From contig CP158636.1 of NCBI GenBank assembly GCA_050273025.1, positions 4,092,001 to 4,156,000 of the forward strand: 64,000 nt of DNA. The letters are read 5' to 3'. The stretch's first letter is position 1, and every line of letters starts with the position of its first letter. A program made the position numbers and the translations under genes. The notes beneath the pieces were generated by a model that saw only the letters and a list, made by a program, of their open reading frames with translations, did no database searches and was not told where the DNA came from. Below, in pieces: positions 38,250 through 50,899 of the stretch. This DNA comes from Cenococcum geophilum (taxonomy: Eukaryota).

Positions 38250-41200
38250 CTAAGTAGGTTAGGCTTTAAACACTTTATAGAACTTATTAATTATTATCCT
38301 TTTAGTTATTATACGCCTCGCTAATATAACTATATTAATTAGGTTCTACTTATCTATACTATACGTTATTAATATAGTAACTACTAGCGCTGGCTGTCTA
38401 GATCTAGCAGCTTGGCTAAATACTTATACCTCTATATCTACTATTATCGCCAGTTTAAGTAGATAGACTCTATACGTAAAGACTAAATTTAAACCCTCTT
38501 CTCTAACTCTTTGGTTAATAATAAGAAACTAAACTATATTATTTTAGTAAGGACCGCCTATTAGAATATAAAACGCTTTATAGATATCCTTCTAGTCTTT
38601 TAGGGATATCCTAGACTCTATCTAGTAAATAGTTAAATATTTAAACTGGCCGAGCCTTTTATAGAAATATTATATTATATTATTAGTAACAGTTTACTAC
38701 TAGTCTAATAGCTAACTTATAAGGCGTAATAGCGTATATACCGCTAGTTCGTAACTACTAAATAATAGTCTCTTATTAGGATTCCTTTTAAGTACTTTAT
38801 TAACGTATTTTATAATTCTATTTAGTTTCCTAGAGTTAGTGTTGGACTCACAAGGGGATATCACGTAGCTACGGTTCGTAGATAGTATGATGATTGTTCT
38901 TTTTCGTTCTTTATAGATAGGGGTAAGGGTCGAGGAACTTAAGGTTCCTCGCTACGGTAGTGCCGCGGCGACACATGACGGCAACTTGCCTTACGTGACG
39001 GCAATTTGCCTTACATGGCGGCAATTTACCCTATTCCCAACACTAGCAACTCTTCTTTTTTTTTTTTTATGGTTGCCATTTATATATATATAAACAGACA
39101 GGATGTAACGATACTAGATAGTATACAACAAGACCAAACACTATACAACAATATAGCAGTTGGCGAAGACGGGTAGGCCGCCAAGGCGCTAGCAGTAAGC
39201 GAGCCAATAGCGATTTTCTATCCCGGGGATGGAAAATCCTAATTGGCTGGATTAAGTTAGGGTCTGTAAAATGTTATACTCCAAAAAGTCTTGGCAAGAG
39301 AATCTAACCAATTAGACAACTTTAACCGCCGGTCGAAGTTTCTAGACATCTTAAGACCTTACGTAACTAAGAAATTTCTAGGGACTCCCTTTTAACCCAA
39401 CCTTTAACTCGTATATGTAGAGTATTTATATCAATAAACGTCTCTAGTGCCTTGTTTAGGTTTGCCTTCGTCATCACATCTACCGGGTTATCTTGGCTAT
39501 TAATCTATTAAATCTTAAAGAGTTTTTAACGCTCGTAGGATTACTAAAGTGCCATAATATTAATTATAAGGCGCTTCTCTTTCGTAGTACCGAGCTTAAC
39601 TAAACACTTATAGAGGGAATATGAGTTGGTGTATACGATTATAGGGATAACGGAAAGTTCGAGTTAATCTATAATTATCTTTAGGGTAGTTCTAATTGCA
39701 ATTGCCATATCGACTCCGCTAACCATTCTATATATCTCTAATGCCAAAACACTTTAGGTAACGCGCTTGCTCTTAGTTAAGCTCTAATAGATAAGATTGC
39801 CATAGATTGTAAAGTTATTCTCTCTAGTAAATTCGTTTGTAATGATAATCTTATATCCTAACTAGGAGCTAAAATCTTTATTGTTTATAAACGATCTATT
39901 AACAAATACAAAGAGCTTAGCAGTAGGAAGATTAATAGGTACGTAGAGTAGTCCCTAATTGAGATGGTTCATTTGCTAAAAAAGACGCTTATTTAGGGTA
40001 AGGATATTATCCTTAGTTGGTTCCTAGTGTTAGGCGGCAATAGAGAGATTAAATAAAGCCTTGGGTTAACAGATAGAAGTAACATAAGCTCCGTAAGCGC
40101 GTTGCTCCACATATCCTTACTTTAGAGAATTAGCGTTAATAACGTCGATCTTCTTACCTTAACCCTTCTGGCGCAGAGCAATAGAATCCTTATTTAGGGA
40201 GAGGATGCATCCATTAAAGAGTAATGGTGTTGTTAAACTAAGCTTTTCCTTTGGCTTTGCCATAAGATTTGCCTTTACTAGCTCGTCTTCTTTAAGAGCT
40301 AAGAATTAGTTATCTCCTAAGATAATTATATCGTTAGTTTGTATGCTAACAATTCCAAATAGAGTTCCCGTAGTTGTAATAAGGAAGCAGGGATTGAATA
40401 TAAAAGTAGTTATTAAAAGCTTCTCTTTGTAGTGCTTGCTATAGGTAGCCTACTAATGAGTTCCTGCTTCTGCAATTCTATATAATGGCTTAAGCACAAC
40501 CATAATCGTATCTTCGGGATATTGGTGGCGAATTTGCTCTGGAAGGTATGCTAGTATTAAGCGCTAAAGGCGCGTCTCTAATTGGGTATAGGCTTAAGTA
40601 ATATCTCGCAAATAAACTGCTATTCCGTTCTTTATTAAGGAGGGAGCTAGTACAACAATAACTCGCTAACTAGCTCGTTGTATTATAGGAGATTATATAA
40701 GAATTACCTTCTTACCATTATTGTTATAACCTTGGATAATAAGCCTTGATTTCTTAAATGGGGCGTTAGTAGCTTTACCCTTAATCTCGTTGACCATTCT
40801 TAACTTAAAGATGCGAATTCTATTAAACTTAGTAGGGTTATACTTCTCGAATTTAAAGACTCCTCTTATAATAAGACCGTCAATCTCCTGCTTATTAGAT
40901 GCTTAGAAAGGAGTCCCTAGAGTTATAATACGACCTTCCTTTTAGAGCTATTTTGCGAACTTAAAGTCAGCCTTCTCTTTAGCTGTTATAAAGGCCATTA
41001 ACAACTCAACTCTATTCTTGATAGCGGCAATGAATTGCTCTTTAAAATTAATAAGGTATTAGCGATTTTGTAATCCCTTCGGGCGACCTCTACCGCGTCA
41101 TAGTTGCGGCACGTCTACTATAATTGTATTAGGATTATAGTTGCCTTCTAGGGCACATTAGTCGTGGTTCTCCTCTAGGGTATCTTCTAGGGTATCTTCT

Positions 41201-44200
41201 AGGGCATCCTATAAAGGCTTAGAACTGTTATCTTTATAGTAGGGCCTAATAACGGTTAAACGGAATTAAGTGGGTCTATAGGGCATCTAAAGAGTATAAG
41301 TTTAACCATTAGTTGCAATAAGTTTATATAGGCCTAACTATCCTTCCTTTTTACGCCATACCCGTACTTTAGATTGGAGTAGCAGATTAAGCGTAGTTAA
41401 GGTGTTTGGGCCATTTCTTATTCCTAGTACGTTATTAACCTGGCGCGTAGCGTATAGACGTCGTACCTCCTTCGTTACTTTGTGAATAGCCTTAGCTCAT
41501 TATATAATAGAGGGAGATAGTGGAGAATTATTAGTTATTTAAGGGTAGGCGCCAAAGACTAGCAACGTGGGTATAAGCCCATCTGGGCCAGCGGAATTGT
41601 TAACGGCCTTAACAGCCATTTATAAGATGATTTCTTCGCTAGCGTCCTCTAGTTCTAAAGAAATAATCTTATATGCTTAGCGTAATAGCGTATAGTATCG
41701 CTCTACTTTTCTAATACTGTTATATGCCTTAATAGGGACTTCCTTAACCTTAATTGCCATTACTTTTACCTATTATTAAAACTCTGTAGATAAGAAGTTC
41801 TTTCCTACGTCGTAAATAATTCAATTAGGGGGTCCTAGGTAAATATTAATCTAGCATAACTAAAGGGTATCTTATGCGTTTTTAGCTGATATATCCCTTA
41901 AGAAACGTGCGGCTTGGAAGGAGGTTAAGAAGTTAATAACTTGGAGTACTGGCTTACCGCTAAGGTATATAACGTCGACAATAATACAGAAGTTGAAGTT
42001 GTAGTTATCTTTAAGGGTGAACTTAAATTGGCTAGGGGACCTCTGGTTTATTTGGCAGTGGTAGCAGTATTTTATAAGATACTTAATTGCCTTAACCTTG
42101 ACTTTATGGCCTGCTCGCTAAAGAACCCTAAGCAATTAGTAAACTGATGGGTAACCAAAATGATGGTGTAGTTGGCGTAACTCTAACTTAGTTAAATGGC
42201 TCTAAGCAACACTCTTTTCTGGTTGTTAAAGAAGTAGCTAAGGGTGACCCTACTTACGTATAATAGGCACCCGATTATCTCCCTGCACGAGCATATTCTT
42301 AAGGTTATTAAGCTTAACGCCTAATTTATTTATATCTTTAATGCAAAATAGAAATGGGGTGTTTGTGGGAATAATGTGAAAAGTAATGTACCCTAAGGGG
42401 GTTTAAACCCTAATTGTGCCGAAAGAGATTGTAGTACCTTTACTAAAACGAATTATGTGTTGGCCTGCCGTTAAATAGTTAATCTAAACAGAGCTATTAA
42501 GCTGCTAAAGGGCTTAAACTTAAGGTTCTTCTACTATAGATACTCCTGCGGCTCTAGTATCCGGTATAATACCATAGAAGACGTTCGCCAAGTATTTATT
42601 GTCGAAGGAAAACGCGGAGCTCTCCTTTGGCTTATTAAAGATATCTAACTTTGTAATAAAATAGAGCGTAGATTGGTCATTAAGAATAGCGACGGTTTGT
42701 ATACTATTTACCTTACTATACTTAGTAAAGTATTAGTTAGGTAAGTAGTCCTTAATTTCTATATCTATAAGGAGCTGTTCGGTCTTATTAACCTTACCCT
42801 TAAGGTCTTCTACGCCTTTATATTAAACTAGGAAGCTTTAGAAGTAGGCCGTAGTAACCTTACAATTTTTAATATTTTTTATACTCTAACGGAACTTGTT
42901 ATATGCCTCTTTTCGCTTATTAAGGGAGTGTTTAGTTAACTAGTAATTTGGCTTCTTACAAACGTAGCACTTCTTCTAGCGATTACTTCGAAATGAACCT
43001 CTATGAGGACCTCCATAATTACCTCATAGTCGACGTTAATTATACCCTTTGCCGTATTCCCTACCACGGCCGCCATATATTTAATCAGTCTAGTTATAAT
43101 CGTATTAGTTAGGAACGCTTAGTTAGGTAGGGCTTTTAGTATAAAGCTATTAAGATTCTTGTGTTTATATTATAGTACCTATAGTAAAGCGTAGCTCGGT
43201 ATATACTCCTTTAAACGTGTCTATAGGTTTATATAGCGCTAAGTTGCACTTAGGAACGCTATAGCATGCTAAGATAACCTAGTCCCTTAGACTGTTCTTA
43301 TTTTAGTAGGTTTCGGTAAGACCATATTGGATTTTCTAGAGTTTATTAAAGAGTAGTTGAAGACACTCTAGGCGAGTTATTATTAGGTTAGAAGCGATAA
43401 CTCTCTAAAATATAGTCTCCCGCCATTTGGATATATAGAGTTGGCGGTTCTTATTGGTTTTAAAGTGGGCTCTAGTAAGCTAAAGCATTATATTAAAGCT
43501 ATAGTTTTTACCTGTAATATAGTTATAATAAAACATTACCGCCCGTCCCTTTAATATAATAGAGAAAGCATAATGGAACTAGTAGCGTTAAATTCTGACC
43601 TTATTATAGCAGTTATAAAAGACCTATAGTTTTGCTCCGAGTATGTCGTATAATTCTCCTCTAAACTTCTTCTCTTCGTCTAAATATACCTTTATTAGAT
43701 TTATAACTTCTTAAAATAGAGGCTTATTGGTTAGCTGGGATAGAGGAGTTAGAGGTAGTAGAGGTAGAGGAAAAGCACCTCTAGGTGGTAGAGCACCTTT
43801 AGGTGGGAGAGTAGCGTTCTAGAGGTTTTGTTTTGAATTAAAGTTACCTTCTAAAGAATATAGGTTGGTTTTGGGTTTCCGTAGTTAATATATAATCTTA
43901 GCTTCCGTCTATACTGGTTCTTCTATACTAGTAAGAATGGCGTAAATATTACTGGCAATTAGGTTATTATCCTCAGTAATATACACCCTATTCCTTTGGA
44001 GGGAGTCTTAAAAATCCTAAATAATATTAACATTGCCAAGTGCCCAGGTGTCGGCGGTCTATCCTATAAAATCCTCCCTAAAGTATTCCCATAACTGTAA
44101 ATTGGCGTAGTAGCTATCTTAGTAGAATAGAATATGGTATAGGAGAAAGCCGTTAACTTATTTTGCGGTATAGGTTGTTGCATTAAAGGTAAATACGTCC

Positions 44201-47200
44201 TAATCTTTATTAATGAGTTTCGCGTATATAGCTACCCCTAGTAGTAAGGAGTCTCTCTAGTCGTTTAGAGTGGCCATAGTTATATCTTTAGAGGAAGGGA
44301 ATATTAGTAGTGTAGGGATTGTCGTTTGGTACGCGTTTGTGACGTATATTTATAATTATAGGGCTTAGGACCAGTTCTAGCCTTAAATTGCGAAGACTCG
44401 TAAAGCGTGTTGTTCTACGTAATGGACGTAAGAATCTGTAATCTTAAAAAGGCTTAGGACTAGTTCTAGCCTTTAAATCCTTAGATTCGTAAAAGAGTTC
44501 TATTTAAGGTTTAGGACCAGTTCTAACCTTAAAAGATAGCTTCCTCTAGCACAAGTAGCACTGGTATAGTAGCTCGTCTCTTCTTAGTGAAAACCTAGCT
44601 GTTCTATAGTATAACTATAAAGTTAACCACTAATTAGTGTTGGACTCACAAGGGGATATCACGTAGCTACGGTTCGTAGATAGTATAATAATTATTCTTT
44701 TTCGTTCTTTATAGATAGGGGTAAGGGTTAAGGAACTTAAGGTTCCTCGCTACGGTAGTGCCGCGGCGACACGTAACGGCAACTTGCCTCACGTAACGGC
44801 AATTTGCCTTACATGGCGGCAATTTGCCCTATTCCCAACAGTTAGTAATCGTGCTCTAATTCTTTTAAAGTGGATTCTCGTCCGAAGGTTTATCCTATTT
44901 TTCGCTATAAAACTCATTAACTATCCACCTCGGCTTTGTTTTAACTTTTATCTTATCCTTCCACTATATATTCTACTACTTATCTCCTACCTTAGCCAGG
45001 CCTAGAAAGATAGCAAAAATTTTTAATAAGCAACCGGCTCCCTCTAGAAATTAATCTATATTAAAGACGGGTTCTTTTTCTTTTCTTCCTTTAGCTTTCC
45101 AGTATCTAAAAGCTTTATTTAGCTGTTTAAAAGCTTTTAGGGATACTCTACACCAGAGCTTTTTAATATACGGTTTAAATATTAAATTGTTTATTATATA
45201 GCAGTTTTGGTAAACAACTAGTAGTAGCTTATTAATCACCCTCCTATTAAACTATCGGTCTTCCCCCATTCTACGTATAATTAAGACCTTTATAATTAAA
45301 GAGGAGTATTCTTTAAAGCCCATAATAACCTTATTTAGAAGAGAAGAGCGATTAGCTACTCCTAGCTTTTTATATTTAATTAACGCTTTAATATTACAAT
45401 TATTAATTAATTTTACATTTGGGGAATCCGTCTAATTAGGGGCCCTAAAAATTTCTAAGGCGGGAATTAAACTTATAAAACCTTCGCTAGTTAGCATACC
45501 GGAAGTAAATACTACTAAAGGTTGAAAGATATAGTAGGTTATTTTACTATTGCCGTCCTTATAAGACTAGCCCGGGCGTTAAAAGCAAGGAAATACTACT
45601 TAATCATTATATACTTATTTGGCGATTTTTATTAGATAACCTGTCTCTAACCTATTTATATAGAACTCGTTAATAAAAATCCTACTAATAATATAATGAG
45701 GACCACCGTCTCTATAGAGATTAAAAATGGTTTTATACTATTTCTAAGCGGTTTAGGTTGTTGCCTAAGTTTATAAGGTTGTAATTATAAGATACAAAGC
45801 CGATCTTAGGTCTATTTTCTACTAGACTACTTTGCCTTCTTCTTTATATTTTATAGGTTTAAGAATATCCCTATCTTTATCCGTAAAATTATACTTCTTT
45901 ATACTAGACCTAATAAAAGCCATATAGCGTACGCGGACTTATAGTTTGCCTTTAGGAATAAAATTATTTAGTTCTAAGGTCTTAAACTATAATTTAACGT
46001 CTTTAATCACTTAGGGCAGTAGATTCTGTCTAGTAATATATATAGTTAGTTCTACTAGCCAGTTAAGAAATTTTCTAGTAATACTTCCCTTAATATAACA
46101 GCACTATAGCATGCTATTTATTTAACTTGGGTATTAGGCGTTAAGCGGCTGTAGGTGTTTATCTATACTAGGGGTAAGGTAGAGACTTTTATCTCTACCT
46201 TTTTAATTTTTCTAATTAAGCCAGTTAAGGTTAATCTTAGTTATTAACACGCTAGTGTACCAGATTAAAAGTATTTAAAGTGTCTTACCTAAACCTATTA
46301 TATCCGCGAGAAAGGTCCCACCTAGGGTTATATAATTAAGAAGAGTATAAATAATACTAAGCAGCTAATATATCTATATAGCTTTACCCTTTTTTATACT
46401 ATGTAAGTAAAAGGTTGCGTCTTAAAGAGTATTGCGAATAGTTAACGGAAATAAGAGGAACTATAGCGCCTTTACCTATAATATTAGGTTAATATATACT
46501 TCTCGCACATCCTTTAGGTAATTAACTTCCTAATTAACCTCTTCAATTTTATCCTTATGCTTATCTTCTGGTTCCTTATTAGTTAAAATAGGGTTAATTA
46601 AGGCGTTAAAGTGGCGGCGCTCCTATATACGGTTAAGATTAATTTCCCTAATATAAATTAGGTTAGGGTTATTATTTATATCCTTAAATAATATATTAAT
46701 AAATATTTCGCGATTAGACTTTGGCCATTTATTACACTATCCTTTTATTTTATCCTATAGTATTATCTTAAATATTTATACTTTGTCTAGATCTACGCCT
46801 TTTAAGAGCTCTAATTTATCTAGTAGGGACTAGTCTTTACTACTATGGGTCTAGCTATAAGCAGTTTTAATTATAGCTGGCCGTATAGCTAATAATGCAT
46901 TAGTAGGTATAGGTGGCGTAGACTTTAGGGTTAATGTAGGCTTTAGATTTAACTGCTTAGGTATAGGTGGCGTGGACTCTAAGGTTAACTGCTTATAACT
47001 ACTTTGACCTAGGGTAAGTATATCTATTCTTCTCCTAGTTAGCATTAGTCGTATAATATTAGGGTCAGAGTTAGACTCAGAATTACCCTTATTAAATCTT
47101 ATGCCTATAAACGTACGTTAGATAACTCTATATAATATTATATAATCTTATAAATTATAAAATCTCTTACGCTTTATAATCCGATTAGGATCTTTAACTC

Positions 47201-47700
47201 TAATTATAATTATATTAAGTTCGGCCTTCTTTATAGAAAGTACTGTAAATACTAGGTTTATGTGGTTGAGAATTAGTATACTAGTGGTTAGATCTACTAT
47301 AGTCTAGCCATCCCTATATTTATCCGCTAAGAAGTTTTCACTTATTACGGCCTGCAGCTTATTATATCTATAGTAATATATATTAATTTTCTCTAGAGAA
47401 TCGGATAATAGATGCTTATGCTTAGTTTTTAATGCGAATCCGTATAGAATGGGGGCCCTAGTAAATGGCGTTTTGTTTAGGTAACTATATATAGTAAAGC
47501 TTATTTTATAGAATAGTATAAGTGTAATATTTAGCTATTATAAGGCTTTAATAGACAGATTACTAAGCACCTAGGTAGCCTTAGAGGTTGCTCTTAATCT
47601 AAATAAGTTAACACACTGCTCTCTAGAAGACAAGGCGCCACGCTTTTAAATAGTATTAGCTATTATAACCTCTACGCCTCTACGTTTGTTAGTCGTTACG
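38250..47700 (-). pseudogene. RIPed SNF2-family helicase/ATPase, split by the Copia (N-terminal part ~44846-47700, C-terminal part ~38250-38834)
   Basis: Motif I GGTFLADIIGLGKTL at ~46275-46325, motif II RIFINEFY (RIPed IDEFH) at ~45660-45685, and helicase-C motifs EGLNLVFTYRVYLL...VFSQAARSRQP (RIPed GLNL..A..V..Q..GR..R.GQ) at ~38385-38500. The 5' boundary is approximate. Confidence 0.78.
38840..44840 (-). mobile_element. Complete Copia LTR retrotransposon (203-bp LTRs 38840-39042 and 44638-44840), RIP-inactivated; gag-pol ~44277-39342
   Basis: TGTTGG...CCAACA LTRs and TSD GTTAG. Minus-strand order is gag, zinc knuckle (~42950), protease IIPDTRAA (~42560), integrase, RT, RNase H, which is the Copia order. 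Confidence 0.93.
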
Positions 47701-48444
47701 TATCGCTATATAGATTTTTTAGTAGTAATAGCGAAAGCTTTAAACTCTAATAGCAGATCGGATCTCTTAAATACGTGCCTATACTTAGTGTTAAAAAGGT
47801 TAAAGACTATATACTTAACTCCATTTTGTATAGGTCTGGACGTTAGTAACCTACCACTAGACGCTTTATTAATTTCGCTAGCACAATATTAGAGGATTTT
47901 GCTATATGTTTTTTCGTTAATTATAAGTCCTTACTGCAGCTTTGGACCACTTATTTACGATAAGTTCTTATTAGTTATAGTAGTTAAGTACTAACTAGAT
48001 TTTAGATATGGCGCCGCTATTATAGTTAGGGACCCTATATATTTATAAGCGGGTAAAAGCTTAATATAGAATAGTATAGAGTAACTTACAAAGACAGTAG
48101 AGCGGATAATGTATTAGATAATTAGTAATAATATAATAAGATAATTCTAACAGTTATAATGAGAAGGTATACTAATAGTATTAACTTAAGATAATAGCGA
48201 ATGCTAATAAGAGTAATCTAAGAGTAATATAAGAAATAAAACGGAATGCGAGTCTTAACGTAAGAAGTAGGATAAGATATAAGCTTTAATATAGGCAGTA
48301 GAATGAAATATAAGACTTAGAGTAAGAAACGGAACGAAAGGTATATAGCAAGACAAGATATAAGATTTACGCTGCTGACTAAGTGAATAATAATAAGAGA
48401 GCTAATAATTCTATTCTTTGTGTTGTAACTAGTCAGTAAAATAG

Positions 48445-48800
48445 CTTTAGAGAGGTAGGGAAATAAGTTTAGAACAATCTAAGACATTAAAAAATGTCTA
48501 AGATTGTATGAAAAAGTAAAATATAATATAGCATTTTATTCCGCAAGTATAAGGTAAGGTAAAATGTATAGTAGAGAGAGGTAGGGGGATAATCTAAGAC
48601 ATTATAAAAGGTCTAAGATTGTACGAAAAAAAGTGAAATATAATATGGTATTTTATCCCATAAGCATAAGATAAGGTAAAGTGTATAGTAGAGAGAGGTA
48701 GGGGGATAATCTAAGACATTATAAAAAGTCTAAGATTATATAAAATAAAGTGAAATATAATATGGTATTTTATCCTATAAACGCAAGATAAGGCTTTAAG
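48445..48800. repeat. ~110-bp tandem repeat, 3 copies
   Basis: AATCTAAGACATT...GTCTAAGATTRTA...AAATATAATATRGYATTTTAT repeated at ~48475, ~48590 and ~48707. Confidence 0.85.
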
Positions 48801-50899
48801 ATACCCTTTTACCTAAAGTACAACCTATTTTTAAGCTATATTACTGATAAAGCAACTTTTTTAGGTAAGCTATTACGTCTACTATATAGGCAACCCAAAA
48901 CTAGTATCCTAAATCCCACTTATAGCTACTACGCCTTATATTAAAGATATTTGCTAGACTTATTTATATATAGGTCCCGTAGTCTAAATTGCATGTCAAG
49001 CTATCTATAATATAGCTATTGTCACTCTAGCCCTATAATACCGTACTCTTATTTATACGCCTTTTTCTTCTATTTCCTGCTATTGTCCGCTTAATCTTTT
49101 AAACTTCTATAGCCGCCTAAACCAATACTACAGCCTCTTTATCTTCAAAAACACAACTATATTAAGCTTAGCTTAGCCTCAATTTCTCTTCAAAAACACG
49201 GCTACGTTAAGCTTGCCTTGGCCTTAATTTCTCTAAATATACACTGCCTAGAAATATATCCCGCCTTACATAACTACTATAAGCTCTACCTACAATATGG
49301 CGTCTAGTGCCCTAGCGTGGAGCGGGCTTTCTTAAAAGCCGCATTATAATGCCTTCTAGAGACCAGACACCTAAAGCTTCTTTAGCCGCTACGAATAAGG
49401 GAGATGCTAATATGCAGATCGACAGTAGTATACTAGGTAGAGATAGCCCTAATCTTCGCGAGCTAAGGTAGGATATTAAGGTTAAGCTGGCCGATCTACA
49501 GACTAACCTAAATAACCTATTCTTTTCTGCTAAATCATTTAAAGAGCTCTAACTGTATTTTAGCTCTCCGCACCCTAGTAGTGTATAGGCTTATACTAAT
49601 ATATCTATTTAACAGGAAACCGGAGGTATTAAAAGGAATTCTAGAAATAAACTTTCAAAAGCCGTTAAAGATAAGCAGTTAGCCTATAAGACATAGGCTT
49701 TCTATTTAGTTACTTTACGGGCTTTAAATTATCTATATTATTGCTAATACCCATTATCCGGCCTAACCCTCTGGCGTTACCCTAATGATAAATATAAGAC
49801 TTCCGGGCGGTAGCTTAAGTTAAACATTAGTTAGAACTCTATATACCTAAGACCAGATATTATAGTTCTAAGTACTAACTTATTTAGTTATCTTAACTTA
49901 ACTAGCACTACCCTTAATCCTCCCTTTTTTCTTGCTACAGCTTATATAGAAATAACGGAATTATAAATCTAGATAGCTAACATCGTCAGGCTCTATAATA
50001 TCAGTGGTAAATAATATCTTCGCCGTAGCTATAGTCCTATAGCCATCGCCTAAAAATACTATATATTGTTATTTAGACAGATAAAGGTTATTTAGGTACT
50101 ATTAAGTCTTTAGTTTATAGTTCGGCTGCTTTAGACTCTTTTAAGTCCTTAAACTTAGTATTAAGCTTAGTGTTAAGCTAGTTACACTTACGCTTTAGCG
50201 TCTAGTTTAGTTGCCTTGGACTCTTAAGTCCTTAAACTCGGTATTAAGCTAGTTATACTTATGCTTTAGTATAACTAGTTCTAGCAAGAAAATAAGAGGT
50301 ATACTCTTAGCAGCTATAAAGCTAAGCCACTTAGATTAAATACTAGTAATTAACCGTTAGTACTATAATATATACTCTTTACGCCTAGAAATAATACCAC
50401 ATTATTTAATATATAATTAGTAATAATGCAATAAAGCTGTCTATAGTGTTCTTATACCCCTAAGAGTTACGGCAGCCTTTACTAATACCTATAGTGCTAT
50501 AAAAGGCGGCTACTTAGCCACTAATACGTCTATAAAAAAGCACGCGAAGAGAGATATAATACTTACACGTTTATTACGGCCCAACTACTTATAATTTGCG
50601 ATTAATTCCACCACTCTAACTAGTTAGATAACGCGTAATTATAACTAGATGGTATAAATACGGATACTAATAAGTACGCTCTAGTAGTAGTAAAATATAA
50701 GCAGAATGCCCACCTAGTACCTCTATACGGTATACTATATTAGAAAAGCGTCCTATCGTTATTATTATTACTTAGAGTAAAGATATTTAAAGTAACTAAG
50801 AATATAAAGGCGGGTGAACCAATTTCGTGCAAGACCGATAATAATATATAGTAAGTTAACTAGACAATTTTAGATATTACTATATAATAACACAACAAT

